A stretch of DNA of 64,000 bases from NCBI GenBank assembly GCA_016929445.1, contig JAFGIU010000055.1, positions 4,629 to 68,628 on the forward strand. The letters run 5' to 3'. Numbering within the stretch: the stretch's first letter is position 1; the number at the start of each line of letters is the position of its first letter. Below are positions 37,228 through 45,267 of this stretch, piece after piece. Source of the stretch: Candidatus Omnitrophota bacterium. Lineage in GTDB: Bacteria; Omnitrophota; Gorgyraeia; JAFGIU01. The notes beneath the pieces were generated by a model, which worked only from the letters and a program-made list of their open reading frames with translations, did no database searches and was not told the DNA's origin. The position numbers were made by a program, and so were the translations under genes.

Positions 37228-40014
37228 CTAACTACAGCCGGAAGTACTCCCGCAATTCAGACACTTATAGCAAGAGCCGTTGCGCACCATAATGCTCCCG
37301 CATTCGCTGCAGGGCGGCGCATCGGCCTGAGCCAAGAAGATCCTCTTTTCGCTCTCCTCCAAACTGGATGCAGAAAGAGTGGAGGTGCTGCCCCCGGTCA
37401 TATTCTGGGTAACCGAAGCCACAGCTGCCTCGGCCTTGGCCTCTATCGCCGGATCCACCGGAGTTTGCGGAGCGTCAGTATCCAAGGGAAATTTGTACCC
37501 CAGATAGCGGAAAACATAGTCCATGATGGACTTGGCAAAACGAATCTGCGGATTGTTGGTCACACCCGAAGGTTCAAACCGCGTATGCGTAAACTTATTC
37601 ACCAAGACTTCCAGAGGCACACCGTACTGCAGGGCCAGAGAGACCGCCGTGGCAAAACAATCCACCAAACCCGAGATAGTAGAGCCCTCCTTGGACATCT
37701 TGATGAAGACCTCACCCGGCCGGTTTTCCTCATAAGTCCCGACAGTAATATATCCCTCGTGCCCTCCCACACTGAACTTGTGCGTAATGGCCGGACGCTC
37801 ATCCGGCAATCGGCGGCGGCGCGCAAAACGAAGGGCCTGTTTCTCTTCCTCCTTCTTCTTATCCAAGCCTGTGTTCAAAGGTTGGGTGCGTTTGGAATTA
37901 TCGCGATAGATCGCCACTGCCTTCAGACCCTGCCGCCATGCTTCGATATACGTCTCCATGATTTCATCGACTGTGGCTTCCTGCGGCATGTTCACGGTCT
38001 TGGAGATTGCGCCGCTGATAAAGGGCTGGGTGGCCCCCATCATACGGACATGCCCCATATAGTGGATACTGCGATTCCCGTTCTCAGGCTTGAAAGCGCA
38101 ATCAAATACAGGCAGGTGCTCATCCAGCAAGCCGGGCGCCCCCTCAATGGTCCCGTGCTCGTCTATGTATTCGATGATCTCGCCGACTTCCTTTTCGCTA
38201 TAACCCAACTTCTTGAGAGCGCGCGGCACTGTGTGGTTCACGATCTTCAGCAATCCACCACCCACCAATTTCTTGTACTTGACCAGGGCAATATCCGGCT
38301 CCACGCCCGTGGTGTCACAATCCATCATAAAAGCGATGGTTCCTGTGGGCGCCAATACGGTCACCTGCGCATTGCGATAACCGTGTTTCTCACCAAGCTT
38401 CAGGGCCTCCTCCCAAACCAGCTTCACTTCCTTGAAAAGACCTTCAGGGATATTGCTTGTTTCCAAGTCTTCGGCCGCTTTCTGGTGCATGGCAATCACA
38501 CTCAGCATGGGCTGACGGTTGATGCGATAGTGAGGAAAAGGGCCCATGCTTTCCGCAATTTCCGCAGACACGCGATAGGCCTCACCCGTCATCAGCGCGG
38601 TCAACGCTCCCGCATACTCCCGGCCTGCGTCGCTGTCATAAGCCAAACCCTGAGCCATCAAAAGCGCTCCCAGGTTCGCATAACCCAAACCCAGTGTCCG
38701 GTAATCGTGGCTGCGTTGCGCAATGCGCGGGCGAGGATAACTCGCGTTATCCACGACGATCTCCTGGGCCAGAATGGAAATCCGCACTGCATCCCTAAAG
38801 CCCTTGCAATCAAACACACCTTCATCATCAATGAACTTCAATAGGTTCAATGAAGCGAGATTGCAGGCCGTGTCGTCCAAGAACATGTACTCACTGCAGG
38901 GATTGGAGGCGTTAATGCGGCCGCTATTCGGGCAGGTATGCCAAGTGTTCACTGTGGTATCGAACTGCAATCCCGGATCGCCGCAAATATGTGTGGCCTC
39001 GGAGATCTGACGCAACAGATCCCGCGCCGGGAAAGTTTCAATGGTTTCACGCGTCTTAACCGCACGCGTACTCCATTTCCGGTCATCCACTGCCGCATGC
39101 ATGAACTCATCCGGCACGCGCACGGAATTGTTGGAATTCTGGAAAAAAACCGAATTATAAGCCTCACCGCTAAAGCTTCCGTCATAACCGGCATCGATCA
39201 GCGCCCAGGCCTTCTTTTCTTCTTCCACTTTGCAGGCCACAAAATCCCGAATATCGGGGTGCTCTGCATTAAGGATCACCATTTTGGCAGCACGCCGCGT
39301 TTTGCCGCCGGACTTGATGACACCAGCAAAGGCATCAAAACCGCGCATAAAAGAAACCGGTCCGGAAGCCTTGCCGCCGCCCGCCACGGATTCACGGCTG
39401 GAGCGCAACGGAGACAGATTGGTTCCGGAACCCGAACCCCACTTAAAAAGCATGCCCTCGGTCTTGGCCAAATCGAGAATACTGCTCATGGAATCTTCAA
39501 TGGAATTGATGAAGCAGGCCGAACACTGCGGGTGCTCTTCCACACCCACATTGAACCAAACCGGAGAATTGAAGGAAAGCTTCTGGAAAAGGAGGAGGTG
39601 CGTCAGCTCGGCGTCAAAGGCCTCTTGATCTTCAGGGCCGGCAAAGTACTCCTGTTTGATTCCCCACTCCACAATCTGTTTGACCACACGCGAAATCAGC
39701 TGGCGGATGCTGGTCTCGCGATCCTCGCTGTCGGGTTTGCCGCGGAAGTATTTGGAGGAGACTACGTTTGTGGCGAGCTGAGACCAGAAATCAGGGACAT
39801 CAATGTCCGTTTGTTCGAAAATAACTTCGCCCTTGTCATTTTGTATGAGGGCTGTGCGCTTCTCCCATTGGACCTCGTCAAAAGGACTCACCCCAGGGGT
39901 CGTAAACCGGCGTTCGACCCGTATCCCCTTGTTTTCCTGCAGCTCCTCGACCTGTGCCTTGCCCGGGCCCAAATCCTCAAGTTTTTCCTGATTCTTGGCC
40001 TCCTTCACCGCCAT
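37228..40014 (-). CDS. nrdJ: Ribonucleoside-diphosphate reductase, class II (adenosylcobalamin-dependent), with a C-terminal Zn-ribbon
   Basis: 928 aa with the RNR 10-stranded barrel motifs and a C-terminal CSECGS...CYKCLNCGS zinc ribbon typical of monomeric/dimeric NrdJ. Confidence 0.9.
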   Translation of the reverse strand: MAVKEAKNQEKLEDLGPGKAQVEELQENKGIRVERRFTTPGVSPFDEVQWEKRTALIQNDKGEVIFEQTDIDVPDFWSQLATNVVSSKYFRGKPDSEDRETSIRQLISRVVKQIVEWGIKQEYFAGPEDQEAFDAELTHLLLFQKLSFNSPVWFNVGVEEHPQCSACFINSIEDSMSSILDLAKTEGMLFKWGSGSGTNLSPLRSSRESVAGGGKASGPVSFMRGFDAFAGVIKSGGKTRRAAKMVILNAEHPDIRDFVACKVEEEKKAWALIDAGYDGSFSGEAYNSVFFQNSNNSVRVPDEFMHAAVDDRKWSTRAVKTRETIETFPARDLLRQISEATHICGDPGLQFDTTVNTWHTCPNSGRINASNPCSEYMFLDDTACNLASLNLLKFIDDEGVFDCKGFRDAVRISILAQEIVVDNASYPRPRIAQRSHDYRTLGLGYANLGALLMAQGLAYDSDAGREYAGALTALMTGEAYRVSAEIAESMGPFPHYRINRQPMLSVIAMHQKAAEDLETSNIPEGLFKEVKLVWEEALKLGEKHGYRNAQVTVLAPTGTIAFMMDCDTTGVEPDIALVKYKKLVGGGLLKIVNHTVPRALKKLGYSEKEVGEIIEYIDEHGTIEGAPGLLDEHLPVFDCAFKPENGNRSIHYMGHVRMMGATQPFISGAISKTVNMPQEATVDEIMETYIEAWRQGLKAVAIYRDNSKRTQPLNTGLDKKKEEEKQALRFARRRRLPDERPAITHKFSVGGHEGYITVGTYEENRPGEVFIKMSKEGSTISGLVDCFATAVSLALQYGVPLEVLVNKFTHTRFEPSGVTNNPQIRFAKSIMDYVFRYLGYKFPLDTDAPQTPVDPAIEAKAEAAVASVTQNMTGGSTSTLSASSLEESEKRIFLAQADAPPCSECGSIMVRNGSCYKCLNCGSTSGCS

Positions 40015-40151
40015 ATGCCCCCCCTTTCCAAATTACTATATTTAGGTGATATTGATTACGCGACCTCTACATATAGTACTTTTGGGTACTATTGAATATG
40101 ATGTATATCATGTTCCAAAAGAAAATCCAAGCACTTCTTGAGCCGTGGGAT

Positions 40152-40619
40152 TCAGGAGTGATTCTTGCAACGTCCGAAGATATTGAGGCTGTGACTGATA
40201 GGTTCAAAACCGTATTTTTGGCAGACCCCGTCCTGGAGCCGTTCGATCTCCTCATTGACGAATTCGATCACGGCTCCGCACTCGGTACAAATCAAATGCT
40301 CGTGGTGAATACGGCCGTGCATCACCTCGTAACGGCTATGCCGGCCCGAACCCTCCAGCACCTTCCGGATCAATCCGCTTTCCACTAATAGAGGCAGCGT
40401 GCGGTAGATCGTGTCCCGTGAGATGCGCAAATCTTTCTCCCTGGCGCGCAGCAAGAGATACTCCGCGTCAAAGTCAAAATGCCGGTCATAGCCGGGCAAA
40501 GTCTTGAGAATCTCGCGCCGCTCCCGGGTGAACTTTAGGCCCTTGCCCAAAACATATTTCCGGAAGATCTCTTCCTTTTCTTCCAGGCTCTTAGGGGACT
40601 TGGGAGTGGTCTTTGGCAT
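40152..40619 (-). CDS. Fur-family metalloregulator (Fur/Zur-like)
   Basis: It has a Fur DNA-binding helix and a metal site (HHEHLICTECG...C). The start was chosen at MPKTTPK. It lies upstream of nrdJ across an AT-rich spacer. Confidence 0.8.
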   Translation of the reverse strand: MPKTTPKSPKSLEEKEEIFRKYVLGKGLKFTRERREILKTLPGYDRHFDFDAEYLLLRAREKDLRISRDTIYRTLPLLVESGLIRKVLEGSGRHSRYEVMHGRIHHEHLICTECGAVIEFVNEEIERLQDGVCQKYGFEPISHSLNIFGRCKNHS

Positions 40620-40646
40620 GGCGGTTTTCAGTATAGCGGTCCCTGT

Positions 40647-40701
40647 CCGGGGACACAATCTGTCGGTTAGACTGAGACATTGTGTCCCCGCAGACTAACC
40701 G
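40647..40701. repeat. Family-3 hairpin (GGGGACACAAT-19 nt-ATTGTGTCCCC) overlapping a second, mutually exclusive inverted repeat (CGGTTAGACTG...CAGACTAACCG)
   Basis: The arms are at 40649-40659 / 40679-40689 and at 40664-40674 / 40691-40701. It lies between the response-regulator stop and the Fur-family gene. Confidence 0.6.
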
Positions 40702-41099
40702 GGTTCTGCCTCACGCAAATGACGTTTGATATAGCTCAGAAGCTTTCCCAAATCAAAGGGCTTAATAAAATAGTCCGTGGCCTTGAGTTTTTCCGCCTCA
40801 AAGATTGCCGGGGTCTCCCCCTTGGCCGTAAGCATAACCACCGGAATCTCTGCCGTATGTTCGCGATTGCGCAGGCGGCTGAGCATGGCAAAACCGTCCA
40901 TACGCGGCATGCGCACATCGAGAATGATCAGATCCGGAGACTCATTCAAAGCCCGCGCCAAACCCTCCTGCCCGTCCCGCGCCGCAATCACTTGGTAATT
41001 GTGGGCCTCAAGAACCTCCCGGATACTCTGGCGCAGCTCCGGCTCGTCGTCCACGATAAGAATTTTGGCCTGAGGCGGCGTGTCTTTAGGCTTTTCCAT
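40695..41099 (-). CDS. Single-domain response regulator (CheY-like receiver)
   Basis: It has KILIVDDEP, the phospho-acceptor D in LIILDVRMP, and the T/K motifs (VVMLTAKG). Confidence 0.8.
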   Translation of the reverse strand: MEKPKDTPPQAKILIVDDEPELRQSIREVLEAHNYQVIAARDGQEGLARALNESPDLIILDVRMPRMDGFAMLSRLRNREHTAEIPVVMLTAKGETPAIFEAEKLKATDYFIKPFDLGKLLSYIKRHLREAEPG

Positions 41100-41147
41100 T
41101 GGGGGGCTATTGTACTCCAAAGCATCGATGCACACATCTCCCATGAA

Positions 41148-41230
41148 GGTGTCAGGCACCACAGTCCGTCATTGCGACCCTGAGCTTGTCGAAGGGGAAG
41201 CAAACTTTGCGGAGCGGGTGCCTGACACCC
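41148..41230. repeat. Family-1 13-mer palindromes as a split inverted pair (GGTGTCAGGCACC ... GGGTGCCTGACACCC) with a 55-nt spacer
   Basis: It lies upstream of the response-regulator gene and directly abuts the family-2 copy at 41247. Confidence 0.6.
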
Positions 41231-41246
41231 GGGAATACGCAAATCA

Positions 41247-41300
41247 GGGACGGTTCTCGCCAACCCATTGTGAGACATGAGGTTTTGTGAGAACCGTCCC
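41247..41300. repeat. Family-2 hairpin repeat (GGGACGGTTCTCGC-26 nt-GTGAGAACCGTCCC)
   Basis: 12-14-bp inverted arms. It lies 8 nt 3' of the small ORF at 41309-41524. Confidence 0.7.
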
Positions 41301-41308
41301 CTTTCCGC

Positions 41309-41524
41309 TTACCCCGGTCTCCGCCGAGGGTCCTCCAACAGGTCCCGGACCTCAAAGTCCTGGGCGCCCAGCTCGCAGGCCAGGCCGATGAGCTCGGGAC
41401 ACTGCTCGTACTCCTCCCACAGCAGCGCCTCCCTCAGGTACAGCAATGCCGTGAGCTTGAGCGGGTTCTTCTTCACATAACGGACCGGGGTGTTCTGGTG
41501 CTTGTTTTGTAGTGTTTTGTTCAT
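41309..41524 (-). CDS. Small hypothetical protein (71 aa, acidic C-terminus) with a strong RBS
   Basis: The RBS and start read AAGGAGAG-AAGC-ATG. The product is MNKTLQNKHQNTPVRYVKKNPLKLTALLYLREALLWEEYEQCPELIGLACELGAQDFEVRDLLEDPRRRPG. It is bracketed by a terminator upstream and a hairpin downstream. Confidence 0.35.
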   Translation of the reverse strand: MNKTLQNKHQNTPVRYVKKNPLKLTALLYLREALLWEEYEQCPELIGLACELGAQDFEVRDLLEDPRRRPG

Positions 41525-41682
41525 GCTTCTCTCCTTTTGTTGTTTGTGTCTGGTAAGCGAACTGTTGCCAAATCGTCCAAAGACAAGGCCTTTCCGAACG
41601 ACCACGGAGGAGTACTGGGAGTACTTCGCACAAGGAATCGAAGGAAACAACGCAGTATTTGGGCGATTTCGCAACTGTCCCC

Positions 41683-41721
41683 AACAAAAAACCCGCTGCC
41701 GGGCGCGGGCCCAACAGCGGG
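41683..41721 (-). terminator. Rho-independent terminator candidate on the minus strand (CCCGCTG-loop-CAGCGGG followed by TTTTTTGTTGGGG)
   Basis: A 7-bp GC stem followed by a T6 run when read on the minus strand. It lies about 300 nt 3' of mscS and 30 nt 3' of the candidate small ORF 41752-41964. Confidence 0.4.
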
Positions 41722-41945
41722 TTCGGAACTCGATTCTCTATTCAGTTGATGCTAGAAGATCTCCTCCTTCGAACCCGCAGCAGGGCCGGTAATCCAGGCA
41801 TGGCGCTGGATAAGCTCAAGGCACATGGGCGCAAAAAGCCCCTTCACCGTGCTATTTTTTACGGCGTTAGGGATTCCTGCGCTGTGGGTTCGAAACATTT
41901 CTAACATAGTCTGACAAATATACCTTTCAGCAGGGTCGAAGTCAA

Positions 41946-42002
41946 GGGGGGACAGGCCTCGCATAACCCCTTGCGGCACAAGGGGTCCGCGAGAACCGTC
42001 CC
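41946..42002. repeat. Family-2 repeat, degenerate left arm (GGGGGACAGGCCTCGC ... GCGAGAACCGTCCC) with a nested CCCCTTG-CGGCA-CAAGGGG hairpin
   Basis: It lies 17 nt 3' of the mscS stop and probably also acts as the mscS terminator stem. Confidence 0.55.
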
Positions 42003-42018
42003 TGGTACTAGACCAGCT

Positions 42019-42870
42019 CTATCGAGCCACGGCCTCCTTGCCGGTTGCGCCGGTAAAGGTCATCTCGCTCGTCTTCACGTGCAGATCGTGCTGCGGGAAC
42101 GGAATACTGATGCCCTGCTTGTCGAATTCCATCTTCACCGCCTCGGTAATCCCAAACCAAGTACCCCAGTAATCCGCCCCATTGACCCAGGGCCGCACCG
42201 CAAAGTTGACGCTGCTGTCTGCCAATTCCTTCACCGCAATCGTCGGTTCCGGATCTTTCAGAACGGTCGGATAGGAACTCACAACCTGCATCAGAACCTT
42301 CTTGGCCTTAGGAATATCATCGCCATAGGAGATGCCAAAGACCATATCCACGCGGCGGGTTTCATTGCCGCTAAAGTTGGTAATGTTGCCGCCCATAATC
42401 CCGGAATTCGGAACAATGATCTTTCGATTGTCCGGGGAAGCCAGAATTGTGCAAAAAATTTGGATCTCCTTGACCGTGCCCATGGCGCCGCCGGCTTCGA
42501 TAAAATCACCGGCCTTAAAGGGCTTGAAGAGCACGATCAGCACTCCCGCAGCAAAATTACTCAAGGAGCCTTGTAGCGCCAGGCCGACTGCCAAACCCGC
42601 AGCACCCAATACAGCAATAAAGGAAGTGGTCTGCACCCCCAGCTTGCCGATGGCGGCAATGATCACAAAAACCATCAAAGCCACATAGGCCAAGTGCTGC
42701 ACAAAGCTCACAAGGGCCGCATCCACCTTGGCCTTGGTCATGAGTTTGGCCGTTACATCCGACACCCATCGGGCCACCCATTTACCCACGACAAAAATGA
42801 CGATTGCAGCCAAGACATTGAGGCCGTAAAGCGTGACCAGTTCGTTGATTTTGCTTCCGACTTCCTCCAT
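42019..42870 (-). CDS. mscS: Small-conductance mechanosensitive channel (MscS family)
   Basis: 283 aa with three N-terminal TM helices, the pore helix (GAAGLAVGLALQGSLSNFAAGVLIV) and the C-terminal beta/alpha-beta domains. Confidence 0.85.
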   Translation of the reverse strand: MEEVGSKINELVTLYGLNVLAAIVIFVVGKWVARWVSDVTAKLMTKAKVDAALVSFVQHLAYVALMVFVIIAAIGKLGVQTTSFIAVLGAAGLAVGLALQGSLSNFAAGVLIVLFKPFKAGDFIEAGGAMGTVKEIQIFCTILASPDNRKIIVPNSGIMGGNITNFSGNETRRVDMVFGISYGDDIPKAKKVLMQVVSSYPTVLKDPEPTIAVKELADSSVNFAVRPWVNGADYWGTWFGITEAVKMEFDKQGISIPFPQHDLHVKTSEMTFTGATGKEAVAR

Positions 42871-42946
42871 GATTCTCTCCTTTGTTGATTTGTCCGAAAA
42901 ATGGTGAGTGCCGACTATTATACGAAACTGAGCAGGCCGCGCAACT

Positions 42947-43012
42947 CCGGTGCAACTCCGGTGTCAGGCACGGGTGTCAGGCACCGGTGTCAGGCACGGG
43001 TGCCTGGCACCG
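42947..43012. repeat. Family-1 tandem palindromic 13-mer array (4-5 units) in the divergent spacer between mscS and the APC transporter gene
   Basis: CCGGTGcaaCTCCGGTGTCAGGCACGGGTGTCAGGCACCGGTGTCAGGCACGGGTGCCTGGCACCG. Confidence 0.7.
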
Positions 43013-43035
43013 CATGCTATAATGCGTCATTCATC

Positions 43036-45267
43036 ATGGCAGAAAAGTCCGTCTCCAACGGGGCCTCTTTCCCCAACTCTCACACTGGCTATCAGTTCGG
43101 TGCGTTCAAGGGCGTCTACACGCCCAGCTTGCTCACCATCCTCGGCGTCATTATGTACCTGCGCTTCGGCTGGGTGCTGGGCAATGTGGGCCTGTTTCTC
43201 ACCTTAGTCATTGTGACCCTCTCCACCTCCATTACCCTGCTCACCGCATTGTCGATCTCTGCACTCGCGTCCAACATGCAGGTGAAAGGCGGGGGCGCCT
43301 ACTACATCCTGTCCCGCTCCTTGGGGCTGGAAGCGGGAGCCGCAGTGGGTTGGCCGCTCTTCCTGGCGCAGGCTCTGGGGATTTCCTTCTATATAGCGGG
43401 TTTTGCAGAATCCGTTGTCAGTCTCTGCCCCTTCTTGCCCTTTAAGCTCTTCGGGATCGCAGTACTCACCGTACTCACCTTGCTGGCAATCCGTTCGGCC
43501 AATCTGGCATTGCGCCTGCAGTTCTTGATCCTGACGCTTATCGCACTTTCATTGGCCTCTTTTTTCTTGGGAGCCCCGCCGCAAAATATCGAAGTCCTCC
43601 GTCCTGAGTCTCCGGTCTCCAAGCTCCCCTTCTGGACTGTTTTCGCAGTCTTCTTCCCCGCAGTCACAGGCATTGAAGCAGGCCTGGCCATGTCCGGAGA
43701 CTTAAAAGACCCCGCCAAGGCTTTGCCCCGAGGCACACTGGGCGCTGTCATCACCAGTTACTTCGTCTATATGGCCATTCCATTTTTCCTGGCAAGAATC
43801 ATCCGTGACGAAAATGTTTTGCTTGCTAACCCCATGATCATGCGGGAAATCGCACGCTGGGGGAATATCGTTCTGGCCGGTCTTTGGGGGGCCACTCTTT
43901 CCAGCGCTCTCGGCGCTTTGCTGGGCGCCCCGCGTACTCTCCAAGCCATGGCTAAGGACGGCGTGGCTCCGCGCTTCTTTAGCAAGGGTTTCGGAGCGGG
44001 CAAAGACCCGCGATTCGCAGTGGCTGCTGCCTTTCTGATTGGCGTGGGAGGACTGCTCTCGGGAGGCCTCAATGTCATTGCCCCTGTGCTCTCCATGTTC
44101 TTTCTAACGTCTTATGGCCTGCTCAATCTGAGTGCCGGTTTTGAGGAGTTCATCGCCAGTCCTGCTTGGCGGCCTAAGTTCCGGGTACACTGGGGCGTTT
44201 CCCTTATGGGTGCTTTTCTCTGCTTTTCCATGATGTTCATGATCAATGCCGGGGCCACCTTTATGGCCGTTTTCGCCTGTGCCGGTCTGTATGTCTTGAT
44301 GCGCAAGCAACGGCTGCATGCCACCTGGCACGATATTCGCCAGGGTATCCTCATGCTGGCAGCGCGCTCCTCAATCTACTCCTTGGCCCGCCACTCACCC
44401 GACAAACGCACCTGGCGCCCCAATATTCTGGTTTTGAGCGGCTCTCCCACCATGCGATGGTATTTGATTGCCTTGGCCGATGCCATCTCGCACGGCAAGG
44501 GTTTTCTCACTGTAGCCACAATCCTTTCCGGCCCTGAACCGGATGCAGAACGAGTTTCCAGCGTGCGCAAGTCTATCGAGGAATTCCTCAAGAAACGCCA
44601 AATTCCGTCTCTTGTCAAAATCCATTCGGCCGAAAACGTTCTTCAAGGCGCGCAAGAGCTCATTCGAACCTACGGTTTCGGCCCTCTTGTGCCGAACACT
44701 GTCTTGCTGGGAGAAACTGAAAAACACGAGCAGGTGGAGGAATTTGTGCGTCTGATACGCCTGGCGCACCGCTCCAAACGCAACCTGGTCATTGTGCGGG
44801 AAAACGATGAGCCCATGGAATTGCCGCGGGACAGCCGTATTGATATTTGGTGGGGAGGCCGGACAAACGACAACGCCCATCTGATGCTCGCCTTGGGTTA
44901 TCTCCTGCAAAACAGCCCCGAATGGACCGGTTCACGCCTTAACATCAAAACCATTGCCGATGAAGAACAAGACAAGGAAGAGGTACGGCAGGGTCTTCTC
45001 AAGTTCCTCGAAGAAAGTCGATTGGACGTGGAGGTGGAGGTTTACACACACCAGGGACGCAGCGTTTTTGAGGTGATCGGGGAAGCGTCCTCCGGGGCAA
45101 GCCTGGTCTTTCTGGGCATGCGCGCTCCGGAAGAGGGCGAAGAGACACAGTCTTACGAGGACTATTACCGGAAGCTGATGAAACTTACCGACGGTTATCC
45201 TGCCACGGCCATGGTGATGGCGGCCGAAGATATTCGCTTCGGCGAGATCTTCACGTCCGAAACCTAG
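43036..45267 (+). CDS. APC-superfamily permease (cation-chloride-cotransporter/amino-acid-permease-like, 12 TM) with a C-terminal tandem UspA-like cytoplasmic domain
   Basis: 744 aa. It has an N-terminal AA_permease-like core (GAFKGVYTPSLLTILGVIMYLRFGW) and a C-terminal region of about 250 aa with Usp-like alpha/beta repeats. Confidence 0.7.
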   Translation: MAEKSVSNGASFPNSHTGYQFGAFKGVYTPSLLTILGVIMYLRFGWVLGNVGLFLTLVIVTLSTSITLLTALSISALASNMQVKGGGAYYILSRSLGLEAGAAVGWPLFLAQALGISFYIAGFAESVVSLCPFLPFKLFGIAVLTVLTLLAIRSANLALRLQFLILTLIALSLASFFLGAPPQNIEVLRPESPVSKLPFWTVFAVFFPAVTGIEAGLAMSGDLKDPAKALPRGTLGAVITSYFVYMAIPFFLARIIRDENVLLANPMIMREIARWGNIVLAGLWGATLSSALGALLGAPRTLQAMAKDGVAPRFFSKGFGAGKDPRFAVAAAFLIGVGGLLSGGLNVIAPVLSMFFLTSYGLLNLSAGFEEFIASPAWRPKFRVHWGVSLMGAFLCFSMMFMINAGATFMAVFACAGLYVLMRKQRLHATWHDIRQGILMLAARSSIYSLARHSPDKRTWRPNILVLSGSPTMRWYLIALADAISHGKGFLTVATILSGPEPDAERVSSVRKSIEEFLKKRQIPSLVKIHSAENVLQGAQELIRTYGFGPLVPNTVLLGETEKHEQVEEFVRLIRLAHRSKRNLVIVRENDEPMELPRDSRIDIWWGGRTNDNAHLMLALGYLLQNSPEWTGSRLNIKTIADEEQDKEEVRQGLLKFLEESRLDVEVEVYTHQGRSVFEVIGEASSGASLVFLGMRAPEEGEETQSYEDYYRKLMKLTDGYPATAMVMAAEDIRFGEIFTSET

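Noticed and set aside
40015-40151. Cobalamin riboswitch, NrdR box or Fur box in the AT-rich nrdJ leader.
   Set aside because: There is no B12-box (GCCACTG-like) and no convincing 19-bp Fur palindrome. There are only AT-rich direct repeats, which are not enough to call.
41905-41935. tRNA-like T-loop (GGGTTCGAAAC) and a TCAAATCC segment near 1465.
   Set aside because: The flanking bases cannot form a 5-bp T-stem, an acceptor stem or an anticodon arm. No tRNA was found in the window.
41752-41979. 75-aa minus-strand ORF (GTG or ATG start) as a confident CDS.
   Set aside because: It has no RBS, and its start lies inside a Family-2 repeat. I kept it only as a low-confidence candidate in the findings because a terminator follows its stop.
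42947-43012. CRISPR array, suggested by short tandem repeats.
   Set aside because: The units are contiguous 13-mers with no spacers, there are at most 5 copies, and there are no cas genes. The feature is a palindromic tandem repeat, not CRISPR.
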